Positions 1 to 9,375 of a stretch of 64,000 bases of DNA are shown here, in pieces; position 1 is the stretch's first letter, and every line of letters starts with the position of its first letter. Source of the DNA: an uncultured Erysipelotrichaceae bacterium (GTDB taxonomy: Bacteria; Bacillota_I; Bacilli_A; RF39; UBA660); contig CACXGV010000029.1 in the NCBI GenBank assembly GCA_902767375.1, positions 137-64,136 on the forward strand, in the 5' to 3' direction. The notes beneath the pieces are model-generated. The model was not told the DNA's origin, did no database searches, and saw only the letters and a program-made list of their open reading frames with translations. The position numbers and the translations under genes are program-made.

Positions 1-2
1 GA

Positions 3-332
3 GTTTTAACTAATATTGGTTCATATTGTATTACTGATATTAAGGAAGATTTATCAGCAAGTGAATGTGCACTTGGTATACCACCAACAGATATGACTTA
101 CCAAAATGTTTTATCTGGTAAAGTAGGTGATATAATAGCCATTGACTCAGAAAGTATCAACCTCACCAGAATTAGTATTTATAAACTAACTGGCGAAGAA
201 GTAAAAATAGATATTGAACATGATAGTAAAAACTTTACATTGCCATATATAAATGGTGAATATATTATTAAACTTGACACTATTTCTAATCGGGGCACTA
301 CTTGGTATACATTTAAAATTAGAGTATCATAA
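3..332 (+). CDS. C-terminal fragment of a hypothetical protein (5' partial, frame open from window edge)
   Basis: Frame 3 is open from nt 3 to TAA 330-332; no family recognised. Confidence 0.35.
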   Translation, partial: VLTNIGSYCITDIKEDLSASECALGIPPTDMTYQNVLSGKVGDIIAIDSESINLTRISIYKLTGEEVKIDIEHDSKNFTLPYINGEYIIKLDTISNRGTTWYTFKIRVS

Positions 333-387
333 TATTCATTTGAAATATTATGATATTTTTTGTTATTATTATTCTAGGAGGAATAAA

Positions 388-1050
388 ATGAAAAAATATA
401 TTATATACTCACTTCTTATAATTAGTCTGCTTTTTTTAGTTACAGGTTGTGGTAAGAAGGAATCTAATTCAGAAACGGATAAAAAAGCGAATGATATTTT
501 AAATAGCACACCATCCAATGAAACTAATTCCAATAATAAAATTCTAATTGTATATTTTTCAAGAACTGGAGAAAACTACAATGTTGGTAACGTTGATGTA
601 GGAAATACTGCAATTATGGCATCTTACATTAAGGAATATTTAAATGCAGATTCTTTTGAAATAGTTCCTACTAATCCATATCCTAATAGTTATGATGAAT
701 GTTTAAAAGTAGCGACTAAAGAAAGAAATGAAAAAGCAAGACCAGCAATTAAAAATAAGATAGATAATATCTCATCATATGACACAATATTTTTAGGTTA
801 TCCAATATGGTGGGGAGACATGCCAATGATAGTTTATACTTTTATGGAAGAATATGATTTAAGTGGAAAAACAATTATTCCATTTAACACTCATGAAGGT
901 AGTGGATCATCTGGGACCTATAATTCTATTAAAGCTAAATTATCCAATTCAAATGTTAATACAAACGGTTTAGCCTTAACTGGTCAAAAAGCAAGAACTG
1001 ATAATGGTAAAACAGATACTATAAATTGGTTAAAAGAACTTGGATATTAA
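388..1050 (+). CDS. Flavodoxin-like lipoprotein (predicted extracytoplasmic)
   Basis: AGGAGG 7 nt upstream of ATG 388; MKKYIIYSLLIISLLFLVTGC lipobox; flavodoxin-like blocks ILIVYFSRTGENY, YPIWWGDMP, FNTHEGSG. Confidence 0.75.
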   Translation: MKKYIIYSLLIISLLFLVTGCGKKESNSETDKKANDILNSTPSNETNSNNKILIVYFSRTGENYNVGNVDVGNTAIMASYIKEYLNADSFEIVPTNPYPNSYDECLKVATKERNEKARPAIKNKIDNISSYDTIFLGYPIWWGDMPMIVYTFMEEYDLSGKTIIPFNTHEGSGSSGTYNSIKAKLSNSNVNTNGLALTGQKARTDNGKTDTINWLKELGY

Positions 1051-1051
1051 A

Positions 1052-1681
1052 ATGAAAAAGAAACTAACAGTTGATATTTTAATGTTTATTTTAATGATTT
1101 TAGAGTTTTCTAGAGTCTACACTGGAGCTTTACTTCATGAAATAATGGGTATAATACTAGCCCTATTAGTTATTATTCATATAGTATTAAATCTAAACTA
1201 CATTAAAAATATTTCTCAAGGTTCATATAATCTTAAAAGAATTATAATTCTAATAATAAATATAATGTTTATAATTACCTTTTTATTAACAATTATTTTA
1301 GGTTTATTATCATCTCAAGAATTATTACCATTTTTAAATCTTCATGAGTTAGATATTAATAAGTTACATAAGATAGTCTCTTATATATGCCTAATAATTT
1401 TAGGACTTCACTTAGGTATTAATTTTAATGCTATGTTTGGTAAATTATCAAATACTATAAAAAGCAAACTATTAAAAGTTTTTATATTTATAATAATTTT
1501 TACATTTGGTATTTACTCCATTATTGATGTAGAACTTATTAGTCATCTAGTAGGTACTTATGGTTTTATGAATAGTGATAAATTTATTATTATCCATATA
1601 CTAGAATACTTATCCATCATACTTCTAATATCATTATCATTTAATTTTATTATGAAAGGAATAACCACAAATGAAAGATAA
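1052..1681 (+). CDS. His-rich polytopic membrane protein (DUF4405-like?)
   Basis: ATG 1052 one nt after upstream stop; about 6 hydrophobic segments; several intramembrane His; 3' end overlaps next gene start. Confidence 0.6.
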   Translation: MKKKLTVDILMFILMILEFSRVYTGALLHEIMGIILALLVIIHIVLNLNYIKNISQGSYNLKRIIILIINIMFIITFLLTIILGLLSSQELLPFLNLHELDINKLHKIVSYICLIILGLHLGINFNAMFGKLSNTIKSKLLKVFIFIIIFTFGIYSIIDVELISHLVGTYGFMNSDKFIIIHILEYLSIILLISLSFNFIMKGITTNER

Positions 1682-2177
1682 AAAAAGTATAATTATATAT
1701 TTTAGTCGTGCTGATGAAAATTATTTTGGTGGTTCGATGAAATATATTGACAAAGGAAATACTGAAATAGCAGCTGAGTATATTAAGGAAATAACTGGGG
1801 CTGATTTAGTTAAAGTAGAACCATTAATTCCATATGCTAAAGATTATATGACTTGTATCGAGGAAGCTAAAGAAAGGACAAAAAACCATAATGCTCCTAT
1901 TAAGGAAAATATTCCTGATATATCCGAGTATGAAGTAATTTATATTGGCTCACCAATATACTGGGGTGGAATGCCTGAAGAATTATTTACAGCATTAGAA
2001 GGTCATGACTTCACAGGGAAAATAATAAGACCATTCACAACCCATGAAGGGTCTGGTTTATCAAGCGTACCAAGTCAGCTTCAAAGAATTTGTCATGGAG
2101 CTGAAATAAAACAAGGGCTTGCTATAAATGGTTCAACTGTAAAAAATAGTAAAGCTCAAATTAAAAACTGGATATAA
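1671..2177 (+). CDS. Flavodoxin-like protein (cytoplasmic paralog of 388..1050)
   Basis: No signal peptide; IIIYFSRADENYF, SPIYWGGMP, FTTHEGSG align with the upstream lipoprotein flavodoxin. Confidence 0.75.
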   Translation: MKDKKSIIIYFSRADENYFGGSMKYIDKGNTEIAAEYIKEITGADLVKVEPLIPYAKDYMTCIEEAKERTKNHNAPIKENIPDISEYEVIYIGSPIYWGGMPEELFTALEGHDFTGKIIRPFTTHEGSGLSSVPSQLQRICHGAEIKQGLAINGSTVKNSKAQIKNWI

Positions 2178-2200
2178 CTCAACTTAAAGTTGAGTTTTTT
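2177..2200 (+). terminator. Rho-independent terminator
   Basis: ACTCAACTT-aa-AAGTTGAGT stem followed by TTTTTT. Confidence 0.7.
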
Positions 2201-2266
2201 CAACCTATATTTTATAGATTATTAAAACTATCAGTGCTATGATAGAATCAGAAAAGAGGAAGTAAA

Positions 2267-2974
2267 ATGAAAAAATTATTAACAATATTTGTTATTACAT
2301 TATCAATTTTCATGTTAAGTGGTTGTACCAGAACTAGAAAAAGTGCATTGGAATTTAAAGAAGAATATGAAAGTGTTAATGATAGAGTAATGCGAGACGA
2401 TATTAAATATCGTACACTAAATATCAAAAAAGATAATCCATATGTTAAAGTTGAAGCAAAGGACATAGTTGAAAAAATTCAAAATGGAGAAACTTTCTAT
2501 CTATATGTAGGAGATCCTTTATGCCCTTGGTGCCGTTCAGGTCTTGAAAAAATGATTGATGTAGCTATATCATACGGTATAAAAGACATTTATTATATTG
2601 ATTTTTGGGACGATAATCATAATGAAACCCTAAGAGATATTTATGAAGTTCAAATGGATGGAAAAAAGGCTAAAATAGTTAAAACTCAAGAAGCATTAGC
2701 TGGATATGAAAATATTCTTAATGCCGTTAAAAACTTTGCTCAAGATTATACAATAACATATGAAGGAAAAACTTATAATGTTGGAGAAAAAAGAATTTAC
2801 GGTGGAGATCACTTCTATTTTGAAAAAGGCGTTTGTACAAAATATGTTTCTCTTAGAAGTTCAAAATTAGAAAAATCAACTGATGAATTAACACCAGATG
2901 TTATAAACGATCAACAAAAGAAATTCTCAGAGTTCTTTACTAATTCTACATGTGACGATGATCATAATTGTTAA
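2267..2974 (+). CDS. Thioredoxin-like lipoprotein with CPWC motif
   Basis: AGAGGA RBS; MKKLLTIFVITLSIFMLSGC lipobox; YLYVGDPLCPWCRSG CxxC motif; C-terminal Cys cluster. Confidence 0.6.
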   Translation: MKKLLTIFVITLSIFMLSGCTRTRKSALEFKEEYESVNDRVMRDDIKYRTLNIKKDNPYVKVEAKDIVEKIQNGETFYLYVGDPLCPWCRSGLEKMIDVAISYGIKDIYYIDFWDDNHNETLRDIYEVQMDGKKAKIVKTQEALAGYENILNAVKNFAQDYTITYEGKTYNVGEKRIYGGDHFYFEKGVCTKYVSLRSSKLEKSTDELTPDVINDQQKKFSEFFTNSTCDDDHNC

Positions 2975-2975
2975 A

Positions 2976-2998
2976 AAGACCAATTGGGTCTTTTTAAT
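2976..2998 (+). terminator. Rho-independent terminator
   Basis: AAGACC-aatt-GGGTCTT then T-run. Confidence 0.65.
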
Positions 2999-3067
2999 TT
3001 TTTTAATCTAATTTATTGATATTTTTTTGAAGGAAGGTATAATAATTACTAACGTTTAGGAGGATTT

Positions 3068-3760
3068 ATGGGAAATAACAAAATAGAAAAAGTAATTCCT
3101 GAAGAGGTAACTGAAGAAAAAATATCTAATGCTATGCATTTTTATTTACTAGCTACAAAACTAAAAAATAAGATAAGGAGTGGATGGGATGCCACTCACT
3201 GGAATGTTAAAAGTGAAAGAATTGAAAGTATAGCAGAACATGTCTATGGGACTTGTATCTTAGCTATTGCCCTAGAATCAGAATTTGATATGGATATTAA
3301 TTTAGAAAAAGTATTAAAAATGTTAACTATTCATGAAATAGGAGAAGTTTTAATTGGCGATATTACACCATTTGATAATATTACTATTGATGAAAAAGCC
3401 AATATGGAGCACGAAGCAATGCAAAAAGTCCTAGAAACATTATTTAAAAGAGAAGAATTATATGATCTCTTATTAGAATTTGATTCTAGAGAAACTAATG
3501 AAGCTCAATTTGCCTATCTTTGTGACAAACTTGAAGCAGATATTCAAGCCAAAATATATCAAGATAGCGGTTGCCAAAGAAGTTTAGATGACCAAGGCTC
3601 CAACATAGTATTTAATACTCCATTAGTAAAAGGAATGATAGCTAATGGTGCTAAAGATGCCTTTGATATCTGGTATGAATGGGATAAATCAAAATTCACT
3701 GATTCACCAGTATTTTCTAAAACGCTATCTTTTGTTAAAAAGAATAATATGAATATTTAA
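3068..3760 (+). CDS. HD-domain phosphohydrolase (YfbR-like 5'-deoxynucleotidase family)
   Basis: AGGAGG RBS; ESIAEHVYG...HEIGEVLIGDITP...LCDKLEADIQA HD-domain pattern. Confidence 0.65.
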   Translation: MGNNKIEKVIPEEVTEEKISNAMHFYLLATKLKNKIRSGWDATHWNVKSERIESIAEHVYGTCILAIALESEFDMDINLEKVLKMLTIHEIGEVLIGDITPFDNITIDEKANMEHEAMQKVLETLFKREELYDLLLEFDSRETNEAQFAYLCDKLEADIQAKIYQDSGCQRSLDDQGSNIVFNTPLVKGMIANGAKDAFDIWYEWDKSKFTDSPVFSKTLSFVKKNNMNI

Positions 3761-3785
3761 AATGCTACCTTAGTAGCATTTTTAT
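3761..3785 (+). terminator. Rho-independent terminator
   Basis: AATGCTAC-ctta-GTAGCATT 8-bp stem then TTT. Confidence 0.55.
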
Positions 3786-3830
3786 ATAATCAAAAACATG
3801 ATATACTAAATATATAAAGATAGGTGAATT

Positions 3831-4385
3831 ATGAATAATAAAGAAAAAAGTGTATTATTAATATTAATATTTTTATTTACTATAATCTTGGCAATAAATT
3901 CTAAAAACATGTATAACAAAGAATATCAGATTGATAATAATCCCTATGAAGAAGAAAGGTCAACCACCACAACAACTACAACAACTTCTGCAAGTACCAC
4001 AACAACTACGACAACGACCATGACAACGACAACGACTACTTCCACAACTAAATATGTTGAAAATATAGCGGGATACGATATTTTTTTAAGATATAAGTCA
4101 AGATCAAAAGATATAGTATATTATATTAATTCTAACAACAATAAATGTTTTGAAATTGAAAGGACACTAGGACATCGCACAGGTATGACATTATCATTAT
4201 ATTCAAGTAATTGTGAATTTACTGGTAATATTAAAACAAACTTTACAATTAATGGAATTAATTTTAAAAATGAAGAAGATGGTATCTATAATTATTATGA
4301 TGGTTATAAAGGAGATAAGCATATAATAACAAACTATGATAATGCTAAAAAAATTTACAATGAATATTTAGAAAAAAATAAATAA
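3831..4385 (+). CDS. Secreted/anchored hypothetical protein with poly-Thr linker
   Basis: N-terminal hydrophobic segment; ~30-residue T/S tract; no family recognised. Confidence 0.5.
   Translation: MNNKEKSVLLILIFLFTIILAINSKNMYNKEYQIDNNPYEEERSTTTTTTTTSASTTTTTTTTMTTTTTTSTTKYVENIAGYDIFLRYKSRSKDIVYYINSNNNKCFEIERTLGHRTGMTLSLYSSNCEFTGNIKTNFTINGINFKNEEDGIYNYYDGYKGDKHIITNYDNAKKIYNEYLEKNK
3961..4047. repeat. ACN (threonine codon) low-complexity tract inside the CDS
   Basis: accaccacaacaactacaacaact...acgacaacgaccatgacaacgacaacgactact run of ACA/ACG/ACT/ACC codons. Confidence 0.8.
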
Positions 4386-4411
4386 ATGCTATAATAAAAA
4401 CAGGTGATAGA

Positions 4412-5683
4412 ATGAAAAACAATAAACTAATCTATGACACCAATGATAAACCACCATTAAAAGAATGGATTGTCCTTTCCCTGCAGCATGTCCTTGCAAT
4501 GTTTGGAGCAACTATATTAGTTCCCTTATTAGTAAATAAAGCTGCTGGCGCTGAGGTAATGTCTGTTCCAACTGCTTTAATCTGTAGCGGATTTGGCACT
4601 CTAATATATATATTATGTACCAAAGGAAAATCGCCGGTATATTTAGGAAGTTCATTCGCCTTTATTACACCTGTAGCAGCTGTGTACTTAAAAGATGGTA
4701 TTTCAGGAGTTACAAGCGGTATAATTGCCGTAGGATTAGTTTATATTCTTTGTTCTTTATTAGTTAGATTATTTGGTAAAGAGTGGATTAATAGATTACT
4801 TCCACCGATTGTTGTTGGACCTATGATAATGATTATTGGGTTATCGCTAGCTCCAAATGCTATAAATGAAATTGGTATAACAGGCGAAACTATGATTTTA
4901 CCGAGTGTAATAGTTGCCTTTGTATCATTCATGGTTACAGCACTTGTTGCTATATATGGAAAAGGTTTTTGTAAGGTAGTACCATTCTTATTTGGAATTA
5001 TTTCCGGGTATATATTATCAATTATTCTAGGTTTAGTAGATTTTAGCATAGTTGGAACTAGTGACTATTTATCAATACCTAAAATAGTTTTACCATTTAA
5101 AGATTATACATTTAGTCTAGTAGGAGTACTTACTATGGTACCAATTGCTATTGTATCAATCGCTGAACATATTGGAGATCACATGGCCTTATCTAATATA
5201 ATTGGAAAAAAATTATTAAAAGATCCGGGCCTAGATAGAACCCTCCTAGGAGATGGACTTGCCACAACTTTTGCGGGACTTATTGGAGGTCCAGCCAATA
5301 CAACCTATGGAGAAAACACTTCTGTCGTTGGAATGAGTAAAGTTGCATCTGTTTGGGTTACAGGTCTAGCAGGAGTAATATCAATTGCTCTAGCATTTCT
5401 TGGAAAAGTAACAGGCGTTTTACAAACTATACCTGACTGTGTACTAGGTGGTGTATCATTATTACTATATGGATTTATATCTGTAAATGGGCTTAAAGTA
5501 TTAATTGAAAATAAAATTAATTTTAATGATATAAGAAATGTAATTATTGTATCAACAATGTTAATATTAGGCCTTGGTGGAGCAGTAATAACAATATATA
5601 CTAACAATCTTTCAATATCTTTAACAGGTATAAGCTTATCTGCTATATTTGGTATATTTTTAAATTTAGTATTAAAAAATTAA
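4412..5683 (+). CDS. Uracil/xanthine permease (NCS2 family)
   Basis: LQHVLAMFGATILVPLLV N-terminal signature; ~12 TM segments; 423 aa. Confidence 0.8.
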   Translation: MKNNKLIYDTNDKPPLKEWIVLSLQHVLAMFGATILVPLLVNKAAGAEVMSVPTALICSGFGTLIYILCTKGKSPVYLGSSFAFITPVAAVYLKDGISGVTSGIIAVGLVYILCSLLVRLFGKEWINRLLPPIVVGPMIMIIGLSLAPNAINEIGITGETMILPSVIVAFVSFMVTALVAIYGKGFCKVVPFLFGIISGYILSIILGLVDFSIVGTSDYLSIPKIVLPFKDYTFSLVGVLTMVPIAIVSIAEHIGDHMALSNIIGKKLLKDPGLDRTLLGDGLATTFAGLIGGPANTTYGENTSVVGMSKVASVWVTGLAGVISIALAFLGKVTGVLQTIPDCVLGGVSLLLYGFISVNGLKVLIENKINFNDIRNVIIVSTMLILGLGGAVITIYTNNLSISLTGISLSAIFGIFLNLVLKN

Positions 5684-5695
5684 AAGGAGTAAATT

Positions 5696-6334
5696 ATGGA
5701 AAATGAATTAAAAGCCTTAGTAGGGACAAACGAAAAAATATTATATGAAGGGAAACCGGATAAAAAAACTTTTATCTTTGAAAGTGTTTTTAATCCTATG
5801 CTTCCATTTGCATTGATTTGGGGGATTATTGATTTTGGAATCATTGGCTTTAGTATATTTGGTGCAGCGGTAGATGATAGAAGTTTTCTTTACTTTATCA
5901 TCCCATTTATGTTATTACACTTAATGCCAGTATGGTTATACTTGGGAGGCGTACTTTTAACCAGAAGAAAATATAAAAATACTTATTATATTGTTACTGA
6001 TCGCGCCGTATATATCTCAAGTGGTACCTTTAGAAAGAATTACTTTAATAAACCATTTGCTGAACTATCTCATGTAGATTTACACCGTGGTATTTTTGAC
6101 CAATGGTTTGATGTAGGAGATATTATTTTCTCCTCTAGCCACTTTATAACCAGAGATTCTAACGGCAATCAAACTATTTCATCAGCTAGTGTTGGAATAA
6201 ATAGTATTAAAGATTATGTAAATGTTTATAACTTAGTTAAAAAATTACAACAAGATATTTATACAGATGTAATGTATCCAAACGATAAAAGACCAGCTGA
6301 AAACCATGGATACAATACTGAATATAAAGGATAA
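5696..6334 (+). CDS. Membrane protein with bacterial PH-like (YdbS/YdbT-type) domain
   Basis: Two TM segments then YYIVTDRAVYISSG...HVDLHRGIFDQWFDVGDIIF resembling bPH_2. Confidence 0.5.
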   Translation: MENELKALVGTNEKILYEGKPDKKTFIFESVFNPMLPFALIWGIIDFGIIGFSIFGAAVDDRSFLYFIIPFMLLHLMPVWLYLGGVLLTRRKYKNTYYIVTDRAVYISSGTFRKNYFNKPFAELSHVDLHRGIFDQWFDVGDIIFSSSHFITRDSNGNQTISSASVGINSIKDYVNVYNLVKKLQQDIYTDVMYPNDKRPAENHGYNTEYKG

Positions 6335-6335
6335 T

Positions 6336-6872
6336 ATGAGAGTAACTATAACATCATCTTCAAGTTCAGATATTAATGAAGATTACCTAACTGAATCTCA
6401 AAAAGTAATCGAATATTTAGCTGGTCAAGGATACGATTTAAACTGGGGATCATCATCTTCATCAATTATGGGCCTATGTTATAAAACCTTTGATAAATAT
6501 AATCGAAATATTTATGGATACACAACCCCAAAATATCTTGATGATTTAGAAAATCTACCTCATGCTAAAATAAAAGTATTAGATAATACTTTTGACATGA
6601 AAAAGGAATTATTCAATGATGCAGATTTAATTGTATGTCTTCCTGGAGGACTAGGAACTATATCAGAATTATATTCTTATATAGAAGAAATAAGGAGTAA
6701 TGATAAAAAAACTAAATTAATTCTCTATAATATTAACCATTATTATGACATAGTTCTAACTACTTTAAATCATCTAATAGAAGAAAAATTTGCCTCATCA
6801 AACATCTTAGATTACTTTAAAGTCGTAAACAACTATGAAGACTTTATTAAAACAATAGAGGATAATAATTAA
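6336..6872 (+). CDS. LOG-family (TIGR00730) Rossmann-fold nucleotide-binding protein
   Basis: MRVTITSSSSS N-terminus; LIVCLPGGLGTISEL matching the PGGxGTxxE LOG motif; ATG 6336 preferred over the overlapping 6306. Confidence 0.65.
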   Translation: MRVTITSSSSSDINEDYLTESQKVIEYLAGQGYDLNWGSSSSSIMGLCYKTFDKYNRNIYGYTTPKYLDDLENLPHAKIKVLDNTFDMKKELFNDADLIVCLPGGLGTISELYSYIEEIRSNDKKTKLILYNINHYYDIVLTTLNHLIEEKFASSNILDYFKVVNNYEDFIKTIEDNN

Positions 6873-7342
6873 TGAAAAAAATATTAATTATCATGTTAAT
6901 ATTTACAGGCTTATTAACATTTGGATGTTCTAAAAAAGAAAAGTCTAATGATATCATTCCAGACAAGAATATAATTTATATCATACCAAATGGTTATAAA
7001 GAGTTCTATAGTAATCATTTCTATTACTTACCAGAAAATGATTTATCTGGCAAAAGTGGTTCCATCGGCATAGAAACTTTTGAATCAGATAGAGAATATT
7101 CTAAAGAATACATAGAAGAATTAAAAGAGGAATATAAAGACTATAATATTAAAACAATTGAACCATATAAAACATCAGAGTATAAAGGCGTATATATGGT
7201 ATTATCATTTGAAAAATATGATGAAATAATATACCACTTACTAAGTGGCTACACAATCGTGGTTGTTGATGGATTAGATTATCACGTATACCCGAATTTT
7301 TCTATAGATGTAAAGTCAATTGTCGATAGCATGGAAATATAA
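6872..7342 (+). CDS. Hypothetical lipoprotein
   Basis: MKKILIIMLIFTGLLTFGC lipobox; no family recognised. Confidence 0.55.
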   Translation: MKKILIIMLIFTGLLTFGCSKKEKSNDIIPDKNIIYIIPNGYKEFYSNHFYYLPENDLSGKSGSIGIETFESDREYSKEYIEELKEEYKDYNIKTIEPYKTSEYKGVYMVLSFEKYDEIIYHLLSGYTIVVVDGLDYHVYPNFSIDVKSIVDSMEI

Positions 7343-7419
7343 AGTGAGCAATCACTTTTTATTTTTTATACTATAAAAAAAGTGATATAATAATACTTAT
7401 TGAAATGATAGGAGGACTT

Positions 7420-8220
7420 ATGCAAGATTATAATTATCATACTCATACGTATAGATGTGGTCACGCGCAAGATGATTTTACCGATGAAGACTATGTTTTA
7501 GAATTTATTAAGCAAGGTTTTAAAAGGATATGTTTTACTGATCACATGCCAGAAAAAAATAAAATAGATAAAAGAACTAATATGCGTATGGATTATAGCC
7601 AAAAAGAAGAATACTATCAAAGTATAAAATCCTTACAAGATAAATATAAAGATAAAATAAAAATAGAATTAGGATTTGAAGCTGAATATTTACCAGGAGA
7701 TGAAGAATACTTATTAGAATTAAAAAAAGAAACAAATAAAATAATTCTTGGTCAGCACTTTGTACTAAATAAAGGAAAACTAAGAATTTTTAGACAGGCA
7801 GACTTTACCGATAAAGAATTACTAAAATATGCTGAATATATTGAAACTGCTATGAAAATAGGTATCCCAGACATCATAGCACATCCAGACATTTATATGT
7901 TAAATCGTAACACATTTGGCAAAATTGAAACCAAAGTTGCTAATTTAATTTGTAAAGCAGCCGAAAAATATCAAATCCCATTAGAAATAAATTTGACTTA
8001 CCCTTGTTTATACTATTTACATAAAAGAGGCTCTATTGTCTATCCATGTAAAGAGTTTTGGCAAATAGCATCTAATTATAATATAAAAGTACTATATGGA
8101 GTTGATGCTCATTTTAAAGAACAAATTGAATATTATAAAGAATCAGTTGAAACCGCCAATGAACATTTAGGCGAAGAAATAATTCAAAAATTACACTTTG
8201 TAAACGACAAATTAAACTAA
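7420..8220 (+). CDS. PHP-domain phosphoesterase (histidinol-phosphatase HisJ-like family)
   Basis: AGGAGG 5 nt before ATG 7420; YHTHTYRCGHA...FTDHMP...IAHPD His-rich PHP motifs. Confidence 0.65.
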   Translation: MQDYNYHTHTYRCGHAQDDFTDEDYVLEFIKQGFKRICFTDHMPEKNKIDKRTNMRMDYSQKEEYYQSIKSLQDKYKDKIKIELGFEAEYLPGDEEYLLELKKETNKIILGQHFVLNKGKLRIFRQADFTDKELLKYAEYIETAMKIGIPDIIAHPDIYMLNRNTFGKIETKVANLICKAAEKYQIPLEINLTYPCLYYLHKRGSIVYPCKEFWQIASNYNIKVLYGVDAHFKEQIEYYKESVETANEHLGEEIIQKLHFVNDKLN

Positions 8221-8279
8221 TTAATAAGGTTGATAAAAACTTATTTTATATGGTATTATAATAATTAGGATGGTGTATT

Positions 8280-9372
8280 ATGGACTCTAATAAAATCAAA
8301 AAGAACTTAGAAGAACTAAATACAAAAATAGAACAAATTGGGAGGTCACTTTGACTTAGCATCTAAGCAGGAAGAAATTTCTAAACTAGAAAACGAATTA
8401 TCTAAAGAAGATATTTGGCAAGATCCAATTTTAATGAATAAGCTAAATAGTAAACTTGCTAATTTAAAAAAGAGCATATCACTATTTGAAAACTTATCTA
8501 ATGAAATAGAGGGTGCTCTATCACTATTAGAATTAATAAATGATGATAATATAGATGAACTAACTGAATTAGAATCTGAAGTTCAAAGAATAACCAATGA
8601 TGTTAACAATCTAGAAATAGAAGCATTATTTACAGGTAAATATGATGATAATGATTGTTATTTAGAAATTCATCCTGGAGCCGGTGGTACTGAAGCAACT
8701 GATTGGGCATCAATGCTTCTTAGAATGTATCAAATGTTTTGTGATAAAAATAATTATAATTATGAAGAATTAGATTATCAAAAAGGAGAAGAAGCTGGTA
8801 TCAAAAGTGTAACCATAAGAATATCTGGCCCTCATGCATATGGATATTTTAAAGGGGAACAAGGAGTTCATCGATTGGTGAGAATTAGTCCCTTTGATTC
8901 GAACTCAAGAAGACATACATCTTTTGCTGCAGTTGGTGTTATTCCTGAAATAGAAAAATCAACCGATGTAATTATAAAACCAGATGATATCAGAGTTGAT
9001 GTATATCGTTCATCCGGAAAAGGAGGGCAAGGAGTTAACACCACAGATTCAGCCGTCCGTATAACCCATTTACCAACTGGTATTGTAGTAACCTGCCAAA
9101 ATGAACGAAGTCAGCTAAAAAACAAAGATACGGCAATGAAGGTATTAACAAGTAAATTAGAAAGACTAATGGAAGAATCTAACGAAAAAGATATTGATAA
9201 ACTAAAAAGCCATGTTAATATTGAATTTGGTAGTCAAATAAGAAATTATACTCTAGAGCCATACAAGTTAGTTAAAGATGTTAGAAGTGGTTATGAAAAT
9301 TCTAACGCTGATGCTGTACTCAATGGAGATATTCTAGAGTTTATGAAAGAATATTTAAGAATAAAGAGGTAA
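8280..9372 (+). CDS. prfB: Peptide chain release factor 2 (programmed +1 frameshift at 8349-8355)
   Basis: ORF0 from ATG 8280 ends in CTT TGA C at 8349-8355 preceded by GGGAGG; +1 frame continues to 9372 with SPF and GGQ motifs. Confidence 0.9.
8340..8355 (+). other. prfB: prfB +1 ribosomal frameshift site (internal SD GGGAGG, then CUU UGA C)
   Basis: gggaggtcaCTTTGAc read directly; in-frame UGA at 8352-8354. Confidence 0.85.
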
Positions 9373-9375
9373 AAA

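Noticed and set aside
2248-2466. Small minus-strand ORFs overlapping + strand genes (for example 2248..2466, 4432..4623, 4741..5049, 5305..5607, 11513..11710, 13703..13885, 18168..18365, 19516..19710, 25897..26079, 31692..31892, 34528..34743, 37587..37769, 39239..39442, 44876..45175, 45221..45460, 47191..47397, 52535..52753, 53836..54039, 58789..58974, 59150..59365, 60296..60556, 62187..62390)
   Set aside because: All are antisense to well-supported genes, lack an RBS and have low-complexity translations, so I treat them as spurious frames in AT-rich DNA.
8881-8920. tRNA-like GATTCGAACTC string
   Set aside because: It lies inside prfB coding sequence (SPFDSNSRR) and has no cloverleaf context. 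I recognised no tRNA or rRNA genes anywhere in the window.
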